The notes under the pieces are model-generated. The model was not told where the DNA came from, searched no databases, and saw only the letters and a list, made by a program, of their open reading frames with translations. The translations under genes were made by a program, and so were the position numbers. A stretch of DNA of 64,000 bases, taken from contig CAWHXY010000004.1 in the NCBI GenBank assembly GCA_963833575.1, forward strand, positions 448,001 to 512,000, read 5' to 3'. Within the stretch, counting starts at the first letter, position 1; each line of letters opens with the position of its first letter. Shown here in pieces: positions 1-9,232 of this stretch. The DNA is from Candidatus Bathyarchaeota archaeon. GTDB lineage: Archaea; Thermoproteota; Bathyarchaeia; Bathyarchaeales; Bathycorpusculaceae.

Positions 1-237
1 TGTTTCTTGACGTTCAGTTTCTGTCCCTGAGAAATTGCCGCTTTCGCTTCGCAGTTTGTTTGATGCGATCAGAGGAATTTTTGTTTTTTTGACAAGTTTA
101 GACAGATTTCGGGAGGTTTCAAGATAGTCTAGTCGCACTTCGATGAAGTCTGCTTTGGCTTTTTCTGCTCTCTCAATTAGAGTTGACGCTTCATGATTGT
201 TTTTTGGGAGAATCGAAACACAGATTCTCGCTGTCAC
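1..237 (-). CDS. aroD: Type I 3-dehydroquinate dehydratase, 5' part (runs off the window)
   Basis: Manual translation from GTG at 237: MTARICVSILPK...ADFIEVRLDYL...SESGNFSG; EVRLD motif of type I DHQase; GTGA overlap with the stop of the upstream aro gene. Confidence 0.85.
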   Translation of the reverse strand, partial: MTARICVSILPKNNHEASTLIERAEKAKADFIEVRLDYLETSRNLSKLVKKTKIPLIASNKLRSESGNFSGTETERQET

Positions 238-1277
238 TTTTCGATCACCGTTTCTTCAGGCACGGATACGCCGAAGTGTCGGCCTCCTTTGGCAGATAAA
301 TGCACTAGGACTTCATCATTTGGTTTTAGTTCTGTTACTGGTTTTGAGGTTTTCGGGGTAACCACGCGTATGGTCTCAGCGTTTTGAAGGATAGTTTTTA
401 TTTTTGTACCGTCTGCCTCGGCTTCGATAAGGATTAGGGGCCTGAACTCAATTTTTGATCTGCCCACATTTGTTATTCTTGCTTTTCCTTCCCTGTTAAT
501 GATTAAAACTTCGTCTCCAGCCTTCAACTCAGAGAGGTACCGAGTATTTTGCAGTGAAGTTAAGGTATAATGCGATGCAGGTCCGGCGTTAACTCGGAAA
601 GGTCTAGATTGAACATAGGGATTTTCGTTTACTTCTGCTTCAACAAGGAAGAATCCTGCAGATTGGCACCCGACTAGCATTCCTTCGCCAGGAACCATCA
701 AATCAACAGTGTCAACGCAGACTCTGGCTCCCGTACCGATTGGTTTGATAGATAAGACTTTTGCTGATGTGAGCGCTACTTTTGGCATCTGAGCCTTAAC
801 TATTTTAGCGGTTTTCGCAAGCTCGTTGGAGTTCGATGTTTTCAATAAGACACCATCTGTTCCCAGTTCTAGGGCTTCAAGAACCACTTTAGCATCTTCT
901 GCGGTTGTTACTTCGGCGATTAGTTTGCTTTTGCCACCATGAGCTTTAGCGATTAAGTTTTCAAGAGGAATCACTCGCCAATCTAGGCAGTTAATTATTA
1001 TGTAGTCAATCCCTAGTTCTGCTGCTTTTGCAGCTTTGTTTTCGTCTTCTTTTCCTCTTATGCTAATTTTGGTTGCAGTTACTTTGCCTTCATTTTTCAA
1101 TTGGGCAATTTTTTTCTCATTTAGTTCTGTTAGAAAGGTTATGTTTAATTTGTCAGACTTGTTACTTGCTTGTTCGCCGCTGAGAACTACATCAGCATTT
1201 TCATGGGCAAGACTAAGTAAATTCTCTTTTTCTTGCTGAGAAGCGGTTTGCTCTATTTCTACCCAGAGTTCCTTCAA
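234..1277 (-). CDS. aroB': 3-dehydroquinate synthase II (archaeal AroB', MJ1249 family)
   Basis: Motifs DWRVIPLENLIA, RVCVDT, RPFRVNAG, LQNAETIR, GRHFG; operon with aroA' and aroD. Confidence 0.93.
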   Translation of the reverse strand: MKELWVEIEQTASQQEKENLLSLAHENADVVLSGEQASNKSDKLNITFLTELNEKKIAQLKNEGKVTATKISIRGKEDENKAAKAAELGIDYIIINCLDWRVIPLENLIAKAHGGKSKLIAEVTTAEDAKVVLEALELGTDGVLLKTSNSNELAKTAKIVKAQMPKVALTSAKVLSIKPIGTGARVCVDTVDLMVPGEGMLVGCQSAGFFLVEAEVNENPYVQSRPFRVNAGPASHYTLTSLQNTRYLSELKAGDEVLIINREGKARITNVGRSKIEFRPLILIEAEADGTKIKTILQNAETIRVVTPKTSKPVTELKPNDEVLVHLSAKGGRHFGVSVPEETVIEK

Positions 1278-2065
1278 CTATGCTCACCAAGAATCTTGAG
1301 CGCCTGTTCTACGGTAACACCATCATGGACTATTGCTGAAAGAGCTTTGACTATCAAGGTTGGGGTTTCGTGTTGAAACACATTACGTCCAATTGAGAGT
1401 CCTGAAGCACCCGCTTTTAAGGCGTCATGTGTGGTTTGAAGGATTTCTTGTGATGTTTTGCATTTTGGTCCTCCCGCTATTACAACGGGGACGGGACAGC
1501 TTTCGATTACAGTTTTGAATGTTTCTATGTTACCTGTGAAGTTTGCTTTGATTATGTCAGCGCCTAATTCAGCGCCGATTCTTGCTGCATGCGCCACAAC
1601 ATCAGGGGCATGTTCATTTTGAATTTTTGGTCCACGCGGATACATCATTGCAAGAAGGGGCATGCCGAACAAGTCGCATTCCTCAGCCACTTTTCCTAAA
1701 GTGCTTAGCATTTTATCCTCGTCTTGTGCACCAACATTAACATGCACTGACACCGCATCTGCACCTAAGCGAATGGCTTCTTGAACAGAACATACTTGGA
1801 CTTTACCATTTATATTTGGACTAAGATTTGACATGCCTGATAACATTACTATTAGACCCGCGTTTCCGATGTCGACGTGTTTCGCTATGCCTTTGTGAAT
1901 AAGTATTGCATCAGTTTTGCCTTTGAGAAGCTGATTGATTATTTGTTGCATGTTAGCTATTCCTTGAATGGGGCCAACTGTCACGCCGTGATCCATCGGC
2001 ACGATTACTGTGCGGTTATCTGGTTGCATGATTCTTTTTAAACGTCGAGTTTTTCCTTGATTCAT
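1274..2065 (-). CDS. aroA': 2-amino-3,7-dideoxy-D-threo-hept-6-ulosonate synthase (class I aldolase, MJ0400 family)
   Basis: PMDHG, MMYPRG, AELGADIIK, IAGGPK, GRNVFQ motifs; adjacent to DHQ synthase II. Confidence 0.9.
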   Translation of the reverse strand: MNQGKTRRLKRIMQPDNRTVIVPMDHGVTVGPIQGIANMQQIINQLLKGKTDAILIHKGIAKHVDIGNAGLIVMLSGMSNLSPNINGKVQVCSVQEAIRLGADAVSVHVNVGAQDEDKMLSTLGKVAEECDLFGMPLLAMMYPRGPKIQNEHAPDVVAHAARIGAELGADIIKANFTGNIETFKTVIESCPVPVVIAGGPKCKTSQEILQTTHDALKAGASGLSIGRNVFQHETPTLIVKALSAIVHDGVTVEQALKILGEHS

Positions 2066-2081
2066 CTTTAGTCACCTTTGT

Positions 2082-3329
2082 TTATTTAGCCGTCCTTAAT
2101 GAGTTTTTAATTAACTTCAAAGCCTTCTCACGTTCATTCCAATCCACAAAAAGCAGAATACTTGATGTTATGGTCAATATGCCTGAAATGTTTATCCCGT
2201 TGAGCCTGAGATCTTCACTAATTTTTCCAATTATGCCATGAGTTTCTTCTAAGCCGACACCGCTTGTTTTAATGAACACCAAGTCTTTTTTGACTGCCAT
2301 CGCAATGGTTTCTTTATTGCTCTTTGTAATGTCGTGGATATTATTGAAGAGCGTATCCAAGTTTTTCTCCTGAGAAACATAGAGTATGATCGAGTTTGTG
2401 TTCATTGACATGCCAAGTAAAAGGGAGTGCTGCTTTGTTTTTTCCACCATTTCTTGGATGATTTGCGGGTTTGCAGATATCCCGTTTCCAATTACCGTTA
2501 TTTCAGCAACTGGAAAAGGATGTGCAATTTCCGCGTCTAATTCGGCTGATAGTGCGCCTGTGATTACTGTGCCCTCTTTTGATATGTTGCCATGGGCGTG
2601 ATTGATTACTCGGACGTTGATGTTTTTGGGTTTGTACTTTAGAGCTTTGCTGTGAATGAATTTGGCTCCTGAATCGGCTAACCCTACCAGAGTGTTCACA
2701 TCAATTTGACTGAGGCGTTCGGGGTTGGAAACGATTTTGGGGTCACCTGACATTATTCCGTCCGCATCAGTTACTAAAACGATTTCATCAGCACCTAAAG
2801 CTTCTGCTAAGACAAACGCAGTCGTATCGCTTCCGCCTCTTCCAAGAGTCGTAATTTTGCCGTCTTTGGTTTTACCGAGAAACCCTGCAACTACAGGGAT
2901 CACTCCCCGTTCTATAAGAGGCAACACGCATTCACGAATATTCTTTTCACAATCTTTTAGGATTGGGTTCGCATTTTGAAATGCCGAGTCAGTAATTATC
3001 GGCCAATTGCTGTCAATTGGGTCAAAGTAGCAAGATTCTGCACCATTTGTTTTTAATGCTGCCGAGAATATTCTTATGCTGGTTCTCTCGCCCATCGACA
3101 GAATGTCATCTAAGTCTTTTTTCTCCAATTTCCCTTTGGAAGCATTTTTAGCTGTCGTCATGAGCACGTCAGTTGTTTTGCCCATGGCTGAAACAACGAC
3201 GGCGACTCGTGTGCCTTTTTTGGCTTCATTGATTACGGCAACCACCGCTTTTAAGAGCCTTTCGTGATCGGCTAAGCTAGAACCACCGAATTTAACGACA
3301 ATTGTCTTGTGAGAGGCAACTTTTTCCAT
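2082..3329 (-). CDS. lysC: Aspartate kinase
   Basis: VVKFGGSS, VVSAMG, TLGRGGSDTTA motifs; C-terminal ACT-like regions. Confidence 0.93.
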   Translation of the reverse strand: MEKVASHKTIVVKFGGSSLADHERLLKAVVAVINEAKKGTRVAVVVSAMGKTTDVLMTTAKNASKGKLEKKDLDDILSMGERTSIRIFSAALKTNGAESCYFDPIDSNWPIITDSAFQNANPILKDCEKNIRECVLPLIERGVIPVVAGFLGKTKDGKITTLGRGGSDTTAFVLAEALGADEIVLVTDADGIMSGDPKIVSNPERLSQIDVNTLVGLADSGAKFIHSKALKYKPKNINVRVINHAHGNISKEGTVITGALSAELDAEIAHPFPVAEITVIGNGISANPQIIQEMVEKTKQHSLLLGMSMNTNSIILYVSQEKNLDTLFNNIHDITKSNKETIAMAVKKDLVFIKTSGVGLEETHGIIGKISEDLRLNGINISGILTITSSILLFVDWNEREKALKLIKNSLRTAK

Positions 3330-3348
3330 CTTGATACACCCGTGCTAT

Positions 3349-3386
3349 GCCCAGAACTTTTCCCGAAAAATCTTTTAGTTCTGGGC
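3349..3386. promoter_or_regulatory. 10-bp perfect inverted repeat in the lysC-aro promoter/leader
   Basis: GCCCAGAACT (3349-3358) and AGTTCTGGGC (3377-3386), 18-nt spacer, between a TATA-like box (~3400-3407, minus strand) and the lysC ATG. Confidence 0.5.
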
Positions 3387-3628
3387 TTAAGGAAAATAAC
3401 TATAAAAATAGTAGTCGAAGCTAAGGACTTGTGATTTACTGTCTTCTTGGTTGCTTTTGCAATTGGACATTGAAGCTTCGAACTCTTGCTGATTGAGACG
3501 TTATCCAGAAAATATAAGCGTTTCGGCGTTTTAGAAATTTAATACAATTTAACTGACAGCTAATTTGCTCTTTGGGGGTATAGTCTTTATCAATTCGACC
3601 GTCCATAAGAAACGTGGGAAGACATTCG

Positions 3629-4459
3629 ATGAAAACCCGAAATGATTGGCAAGAAATCCTCAGCCAATGCAAAACCAACGTACAAGCAAGCATTAGACCA
3701 TGCATCAAAACCATCAGGGAGCCACAACCTAATTTGGGCATGGGCGCTGGCGGAGACGTTATGAAGCCTGTTGATTTGGCGGCGGAGACAGCTATAATTG
3801 ATACAATAAAGCACCATAACATTTCGTTTACATTAATTAGTGAGGAGTCAGGGGTCAAAAAATTCGGCGCTAATCCCGAAAGTTGTTTCGTCACTGTTGA
3901 CCCAATTGATGGAAGCACCAATTTCATGCATGGCTTGCCTTTCTACTGTTGCTCCATTGCAGTTTCCCAGTTGGCTAACCTGACAGATGTCTACGCTGGC
4001 ATGGTTACTGACTTAGTACACGGTGCTACCTACACCGCTTTTAAGGGAAAAGGCGCATATTTAGACGACAAAAAGATAGAAACCTCAAAAACTTCTTCTC
4101 TGGAAGATGCAGTGGTAGGTTTAGATCTGAACACTTACAAAGTCAAAGAACTGATACCCAAAGTAACTCCTTTGATTGCCAGAACAAAACACATCCGTCA
4201 TTTTGGCGCCAACGCGCTTGAGCTATGCTATGTTGCAAGTGGCTTAACAGATGCATTTGTGGACGTTCGTGGGAAACTGCGCACAACCGATGTGGCGGCA
4301 GGCTTTTTAATCCTTAAAGAAGCAGGTGGAATAGTAACGACACCAGAAAATGGGATTGTAAATGTTGAATTGGATCCTACGAAAACTGTGAGCTTTATAG
4401 CTTCAGGCAATATGGAAATTCACAAAAAAATCATAAACTTGGTTCAATCGGCATGCTGA
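3629..4459 (+). CDS. suhB: Inositol monophosphatase / FBPase family protein
   Basis: ISEE, VDPIDGSTNF, DVAAGFLILKEAGG motifs; ATG at 3629 preferred. Confidence 0.88.
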   Translation: MKTRNDWQEILSQCKTNVQASIRPCIKTIREPQPNLGMGAGGDVMKPVDLAAETAIIDTIKHHNISFTLISEESGVKKFGANPESCFVTVDPIDGSTNFMHGLPFYCCSIAVSQLANLTDVYAGMVTDLVHGATYTAFKGKGAYLDDKKIETSKTSSLEDAVVGLDLNTYKVKELIPKVTPLIARTKHIRHFGANALELCYVASGLTDAFVDVRGKLRTTDVAAGFLILKEAGGIVTTPENGIVNVELDPTKTVSFIASGNMEIHKKIINLVQSAC

Positions 4460-5295
4460 CTCTGCTTTGGCCATATCCTGCAGCACTTATAAAATCGGAA
4501 AAAACTAAAACCCTTCTTATCGCAGACCCCCACTTAGGCTGGGAAACATCGCTTCAAGAAAAAGGCATCCATGTTCCTAGCCAAACACCAAAAATTCTCA
4601 ACAAACTAAAGGCAATAATCACCAAATACAAACCACATCAACTTGTTATCCTTGGCGACGTAAAATACACAGTAATCTCTAGCGCACTAGGAGAGTGGCA
4701 TGATATCCCCGACTTTTTTGCCAAACTGAAAGAAGACGTTAGCGACATAGCCATTATACGTGGGAATCATGACGCTAACATTGAACCTCTCCTTCCAGAA
4801 ATCGTTCAGCTTTTACCTGCAACGGGAGCAGTATTTGGAGGGATAGGCGTTTTTCATGGGCATAAGTGGCCTTCTCCCGATTTGTTGAGGTGCAAAACGT
4901 TGGTTATGGGGCATTTGCATCCTGTTGTGGTTTTTCGTGATCCTGCAGGATTTAAAATTACTAGACAAGTGTGGATGAAAGCAAGCTGCGATTCCGAGGC
5001 CTTAGCGAAGATCCTCTTGCAAAAACACAACGTAAAAATTGAGGGAACAGGGGCAGAAACACTTAGAAAACACTTCAACATCAGCCTAGAAACAAAAGAA
5101 ATTGTCATAATGCCCAGCTTTAACGATTTCCTCGGTGGCAGACCAGTAAATGAAACCAGACCCAGAAAAGAAATCGGCAACGAAGCTTTAATTGGCCCTG
5201 TTTTGCGTTCGGAATCCGTGGACGTGGATAACGCAGAGCTTTACTTGTTGGATGGAACATACTTGGGAACGTTAAACCAGCTTAGAAACTTGTAG
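4453..5295 (+). CDS. Calcineurin-like metallophosphoesterase (COG1407-like)
   Basis: ADPHLG, LGDVK, RGNHD, HGH, MGHLHP, MPSFN motifs. Confidence 0.85.
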   Translation: MLTLLWPYPAALIKSEKTKTLLIADPHLGWETSLQEKGIHVPSQTPKILNKLKAIITKYKPHQLVILGDVKYTVISSALGEWHDIPDFFAKLKEDVSDIAIIRGNHDANIEPLLPEIVQLLPATGAVFGGIGVFHGHKWPSPDLLRCKTLVMGHLHPVVVFRDPAGFKITRQVWMKASCDSEALAKILLQKHNVKIEGTGAETLRKHFNISLETKEIVIMPSFNDFLGGRPVNETRPRKEIGNEALIGPVLRSESVDVDNAELYLLDGTYLGTLNQLRNL

Positions 5296-5376
5296 AAACT
5301 TGTAGAAGAGTTGGTTAAAAAAGTTAGTGCTGCTTAGATTAGTTTGTGTTTGCTGGCTAACTCTTATATTTGCCAC

Positions 5377-5394
5377 ATGTTATATCGCTAACAT
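5377..5394. promoter_or_regulatory. Palindromic operator candidate upstream of the RHH gene
   Basis: ATGTTA-N6-TAACAT just downstream of TATA-like CTTATAT (5363-5369). Confidence 0.45.
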
Positions 5395-5414
5395 AGTTTG
5401 AGGGAGGAAAAAAA

Positions 5415-5570
5415 GTGAAACTTGTAACTGTCCTACTACCAGAAGCATATCTGGAAGGCTTAGATGAATTAGTCAGAGCAAACATGTATCCAAGCAGAAG
5501 CAGCGTAATAAGATCTTCAGTACGTGATTTGTTAAAGAAAGAGCTTTGGGAAAACAAACGCAACAGATAA
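5415..5570 (+). CDS. CopG/ribbon-helix-helix transcriptional regulator (51 aa, below the ORF-track cutoff)
   Basis: GGAGG SD then GTG; MKLVTVLLPEAYLEGLDELVRANMYPSRSSVIRSSVRDLLKKELW fits the archaeal RHH pattern. Confidence 0.88.
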   Translation: MKLVTVLLPEAYLEGLDELVRANMYPSRSSVIRSSVRDLLKKELWENKRNR

Positions 5571-5576
5571 AACGCG

Positions 5577-6344
5577 CTAAATCCCTTTTACTGAATCACA
5601 AAGCCGACTCGCCATTTGGGCTGGGTCCCCTGCCTGAGTGATCTCTCGCCCAACAATAAGGAAACTGGCACCTGCCTTAACCGCAGTTTCAGCAGAGCCG
5701 CCTTGAGCACCAACACCAGGCGAGTAAATGGGAACTTCTTCCCCAAGAATCCGTTTAACTTCAGTTATTTTCTGTGGATAGGTTGCCCCGACGACTACTC
5801 CGTCAGCCCCCCATGCTAAGGCTTTTTTGGCAAAAGAAACATACTGCGGAATCTGCTCACCCGTTTGGGGATCAATTATTGTTTGGCCGTAACCTTCGCT
5901 TGCGCCTTTATGGCTCATATAACACAAAAGAATCACACCTCGATCAAGCCTCTGAGAAACTTCAAAGAGCGGCTTTAATCCTTCATCCCAACCTATAAAC
6001 GGGTTAGCGATTAACGCATCGAAACCCGCAGCATAGTAATATTCAGCGATAACTTGGTTTGTGGCTCCAATGTCGTTTACCTTAGCATCCATAATTGCCA
6101 GCATTCCTTCCCCACGGATTTGCTCCACCAGTTCTTGCACGCCGTCAAAAGTTCCGAGTGGAAGAACAATATGGTGATTAATTTTTACAGCGCAAACATA
6201 AGGATGAACGGCTTTGAGGATTTTTTGAGCTTTAGACAGCACGTTTTGTCGGTTCTCGGGAGATTCATAAGGAAAATCCAATGCCAAAACAATCGGAGAG
6301 TTTTTGCTTTTGGCTGCTTCACGCATTTTTGCTTTGAACGACAA
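5577..6344 (-). CDS. pyrF: Orotidine 5'-phosphate decarboxylase
   Basis: LALD, DAKVNDIGAT, SPGVGAQGG, IVGREI motifs; TTG start at 6344 after AGGGG SD. Confidence 0.93.
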   Translation of the reverse strand: MSFKAKMREAAKSKNSPIVLALDFPYESPENRQNVLSKAQKILKAVHPYVCAVKINHHIVLPLGTFDGVQELVEQIRGEGMLAIMDAKVNDIGATNQVIAEYYYAAGFDALIANPFIGWDEGLKPLFEVSQRLDRGVILLCYMSHKGASEGYGQTIIDPQTGEQIPQYVSFAKKALAWGADGVVVGATYPQKITEVKRILGEEVPIYSPGVGAQGGSAETAVKAGASFLIVGREITQAGDPAQMASRLCDSVKGI

Positions 6345-6485
6345 TGTTATGCCCCTTGAGTTATCTTGTTGATGAGGGGCTATTTCATTTTTTCGTCTGC
6401 TTTGAAAATTAAAAAAGTCTTTTTTATTAAAAAGTGCTCGCATCTTTGAAAGTAGCTAGAGAAATAAGAAAAGTCAATAGCTCAT

Positions 6486-7178
6486 TTATTGAACAGCCCA
6501 AACGCTTGAGCTGGTCAGTTGCCAAATTATTATTATGTTGTATTGCGGGTTGTTGTAACGTTGGACGTTTTCTAAGCTAGTGAGCATTCCTGTTTGCTGG
6601 TCAAAATAGAGGCCAATGTAGTCGTCGCGCATGGTGTTGCCAGTGGGGTCGTTTGCATCAGTAAACTGGCTTTCTATCTGCCAAAAATTTGTTGGTCGGC
6701 TAATGGCACCGTATGCTGTTGAGCTAGTTGCGTTAACGATTTGTTCATCATATCCGGTGGGGCGGAGTAGATCAGATACTTTGAGGTTTGAAGGATAAAT
6801 AGCCCAAAACCCGTTTGCATCACTTTTGTTTCCACTCGATATATCTAATATTTGTGGGCTTGTAATTTCTGTTCCATTTGTAAATCGCCATACTGTGTTA
6901 AATGAAACATTAGTACCTATTACTGCGGTTATGGTGATTTGGTAATAGTCTGTGTCGTTATATTCAGAAAGATAAGCTGGAGTTACCGCATCTACACTGC
7001 CTAAGACTGATTCACCTGTCAGCGTATAAGTGAAAGTATCACCAACATGAACTCCAACTTTAGCTGCTGCTGGTTTATTAAACTGAGTTACATAGACAGC
7101 TGCAGCCACTGAAACTGCTATAATAATTACGAGAATTATAGCAAAATACAGTTTGCTTGATGAACGCTTCTTATACAT
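6486..7178 (-). CDS. Membrane-anchored extracellular hypothetical protein
   Basis: Basic N-terminus, one TM helix, Thr/Asn-rich beta-type ectodomain with NxS/T sequons. Confidence 0.7.
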   Translation of the reverse strand: MYKKRSSSKLYFAIILVIIIAVSVAAAVYVTQFNKPAAAKVGVHVGDTFTYTLTGESVLGSVDAVTPAYLSEYNDTDYYQITITAVIGTNVSFNTVWRFTNGTEITSPQILDISSGNKSDANGFWAIYPSNLKVSDLLRPTGYDEQIVNATSSTAYGAISRPTNFWQIESQFTDANDPTGNTMRDDYIGLYFDQQTGMLTSLENVQRYNNPQYNIIIIWQLTSSSVWAVQ

Positions 7179-7329
7179 AACTCTATCATTTCAGAGCCCA
7201 ACTATTTAGTTGTTTTCCCAAAAACCCTCTAAAAATCAGGCGCAGATTTAGTTGCAGAAAATAGGATGTTATTTCTTTTATGGGGTAAATTTAAGAGAAA
7301 GGACCGTTTATAAAAAGGTCGGTGGAAAA

Positions 7330-8385
7330 TTGTATTGTCATAAATGTGGTGCTCAACTTTCAGACGACGCAGCGTTCTGTGTTAAATGTGGAACAAGTAC
7401 TGGATTGAATGCTCCTAATCCCACGGCGACTTCAGCTGGGCCAGTTGTTGCTCCTTCAGGAGTGGCATCGCTAAAGTGTCCTAGTTGCGGAGCACCAATC
7501 GCGCCTAAGTTTGGAGAGATGGTTATAACATGTGAGTATTGTGGCAATGGAGTCACTTTAGGAACCCAGGGTTGGACTAATATTCAGAAGCAAACAATGC
7601 TTACGTTGAAGGTTGCCACCGTCTACCAGGCAAATTCGATAATTACGCCGCTTATGGACCGAGGACTTTTGCATAGACATCTGCATGAGGACTCTACGCA
7701 GGAAGAAATGAGCCTAACATATGTGCCTTACTGGATTGTCAGCGTTTCTGCCCGCACAAGCATCACCGCAGCGGATGAAACCGCGCAAATTGCACAAACT
7801 GCTTCAACCGCAGCTTTGATGGGTGTAATATTCGGCGGAATGAGTGGCGGTTTCGGGGGAGGACGGGGAGGAGGACGCCGTCGTGCTTTCGAGAGGCAAT
7901 TTGCAACAGGCAATCCATTTAGCGGTATTCTTGGGTTGAAACGGATAAGAATTATGGCTTGGGGAATGGGGATGGGTTACGGCGGCGGAATGAGAAAAAC
8001 CGAGCAAATGGACATGAACTATAACTTTCCAGTGATTGCATTAAAGGCGCTTACTGATTATCAACCGCGTGAGTACCAGTTTAATCTTGACGGCAGAGAG
8101 CTGTTTGACATTTCCAAGCTACCAAAAGGCGTTAAAATACTTAATGGCGACATAAGCGAAGAGGTTGCGAAATCGCAAGCAAAAACTCTGGTTGATCAGC
8201 TTCAATCACAAAAAGCGCATGGGAAATATCATATGATCCAGTCGATACACACTGATTCTGATGTCGGGGATGTGGAGTTGTTGCACGCGCCAATATGGTT
8301 CGCAAAGTTTGACCATAAGGGGAACAAGATTGTGCTGGTTATTGATGCCAATTCTGGTAGCGTAATCAACAGCGTCGGTCTCTAA
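7330..8385 (+). CDS. Multiple zinc-ribbon protein with Gly-rich segment
   Basis: CHKCG..CVKCG and CPSCG..CEYCG knuckles; TTG start after GGTGG. Confidence 0.7.
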   Translation: MYCHKCGAQLSDDAAFCVKCGTSTGLNAPNPTATSAGPVVAPSGVASLKCPSCGAPIAPKFGEMVITCEYCGNGVTLGTQGWTNIQKQTMLTLKVATVYQANSIITPLMDRGLLHRHLHEDSTQEEMSLTYVPYWIVSVSARTSITAADETAQIAQTASTAALMGVIFGGMSGGFGGGRGGGRRRAFERQFATGNPFSGILGLKRIRIMAWGMGMGYGGGMRKTEQMDMNYNFPVIALKALTDYQPREYQFNLDGRELFDISKLPKGVKILNGDISEEVAKSQAKTLVDQLQSQKAHGKYHMIQSIHTDSDVGDVELLHAPIWFAKFDHKGNKIVLVIDANSGSVINSVGL

Positions 8386-8439
8386 CATAACCTTATTTTT
8401 TGCTTTAGACTCAGTGAGATCATTTCCCATAGGAAAATG

Positions 8440-8496
8440 TTAGGTGCACCTAAATATTTATTAGGTTAGCCTAAATATTTTTTTAGGCATGCCTAA
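8440..8496. promoter_or_regulatory. Three tandem DtxR/IdeR-type operator palindromes
   Basis: TTAGGTGCACCTAA (8440-8453), TTAGGTTAGCCTAA (8461-8474), TTAGGCATGCCTAA (8483-8496, covering the ATG). Confidence 0.85.
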
Positions 8497-9229
8497 ATTA
8501 GAAGTAATATCAAGCAAAAGCATGCAAGATTACCTAAGGGCAATAGCAGCCCTATCCAACAATGGCGACCCAGTAAACACAACCGAAATTTCACGATACT
8601 TCAACATTTCACCAGCAAGTGTAACTGAAATGCTCAAAAAAATGTCTCAAAAAGGCTACCTCAGCTACTCAGCATATCACGGCACGTTTCTCACCTTAAA
8701 AGGACAAGCTGAAGCACAGAAAATAACTCGAAAACATAGACTGCTCGAAAGGTTCCTTTCAGACGTGCTACATATTGGAAAAGATCAAGTCCACGCTCAA
8801 GCCTGCGAAATGGAACATACTCTTTCCGATGAAGCCGAAGAATCACTGTGCCGATTACTGAAGCACCCTGACACCTGTCCCGATGATGGCAAAATAATTC
8901 CGGCCTGCGATCTGCCATTCTCAACATGCGAGGAATGCATCGTTTTACACAAGAAAGGTTTAGAAGAAGTGGGGAAACGTCATGAGAATCTTCAGTCAAT
9001 TTGCAGCCTTAAGTCAGGAGTGAATGCAAAAGTTTCCTTTATCAGAGGGGAACATAGAACCCTTCAAAGACTCCTTGACATGGGATTAACTCCTGGAACC
9101 CAAATAAAAATTGAGAGAGTCGCTCCGTTGAAAGGACCTATCGAAGTTTGCGTCCGGGGTTCAAAGGTTGCACTTGGGCAAGACATTGCAGCTAACGTGT
9201 TTGTCGAGTCAACGGCAAAGAAGGCCTAA
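8489..9229 (+). CDS. DtxR/MntR-family metal-dependent repressor with C-terminal FeoA domain
   Basis: DYLRAI, SPASVTEML, RKHRLLERFL, ACEMEH; FeoA-like RLLDMGLTPG...APLKGPI. Confidence 0.92.
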   Translation: MPKLEVISSKSMQDYLRAIAALSNNGDPVNTTEISRYFNISPASVTEMLKKMSQKGYLSYSAYHGTFLTLKGQAEAQKITRKHRLLERFLSDVLHIGKDQVHAQACEMEHTLSDEAEESLCRLLKHPDTCPDDGKIIPACDLPFSTCEECIVLHKKGLEEVGKRHENLQSICSLKSGVNAKVSFIRGEHRTLQRLLDMGLTPGTQIKIERVAPLKGPIEVCVRGSKVALGQDIAANVFVESTAKKA

Positions 9230-9232
9230 AAC

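Noticed and set aside
3436-3927. Long antisense ORFs (also 15555-16118, 29871-30374, 33555-34016, 38716-39201, 52493-52954)
   Set aside because: Shadow or alternate frames overlapping well-supported genes; no motifs
5283-5307. TAGAAACTTG tandem duplication at a stop codon
   Set aside because: Simple local duplication with no further structure
7870-7965. Non-Gly segment interrupting the Gly-rich tract, considered as a BHB intron or insertion
   Set aside because: Frame is open and no bulge-helix-bulge pairing was found by eye
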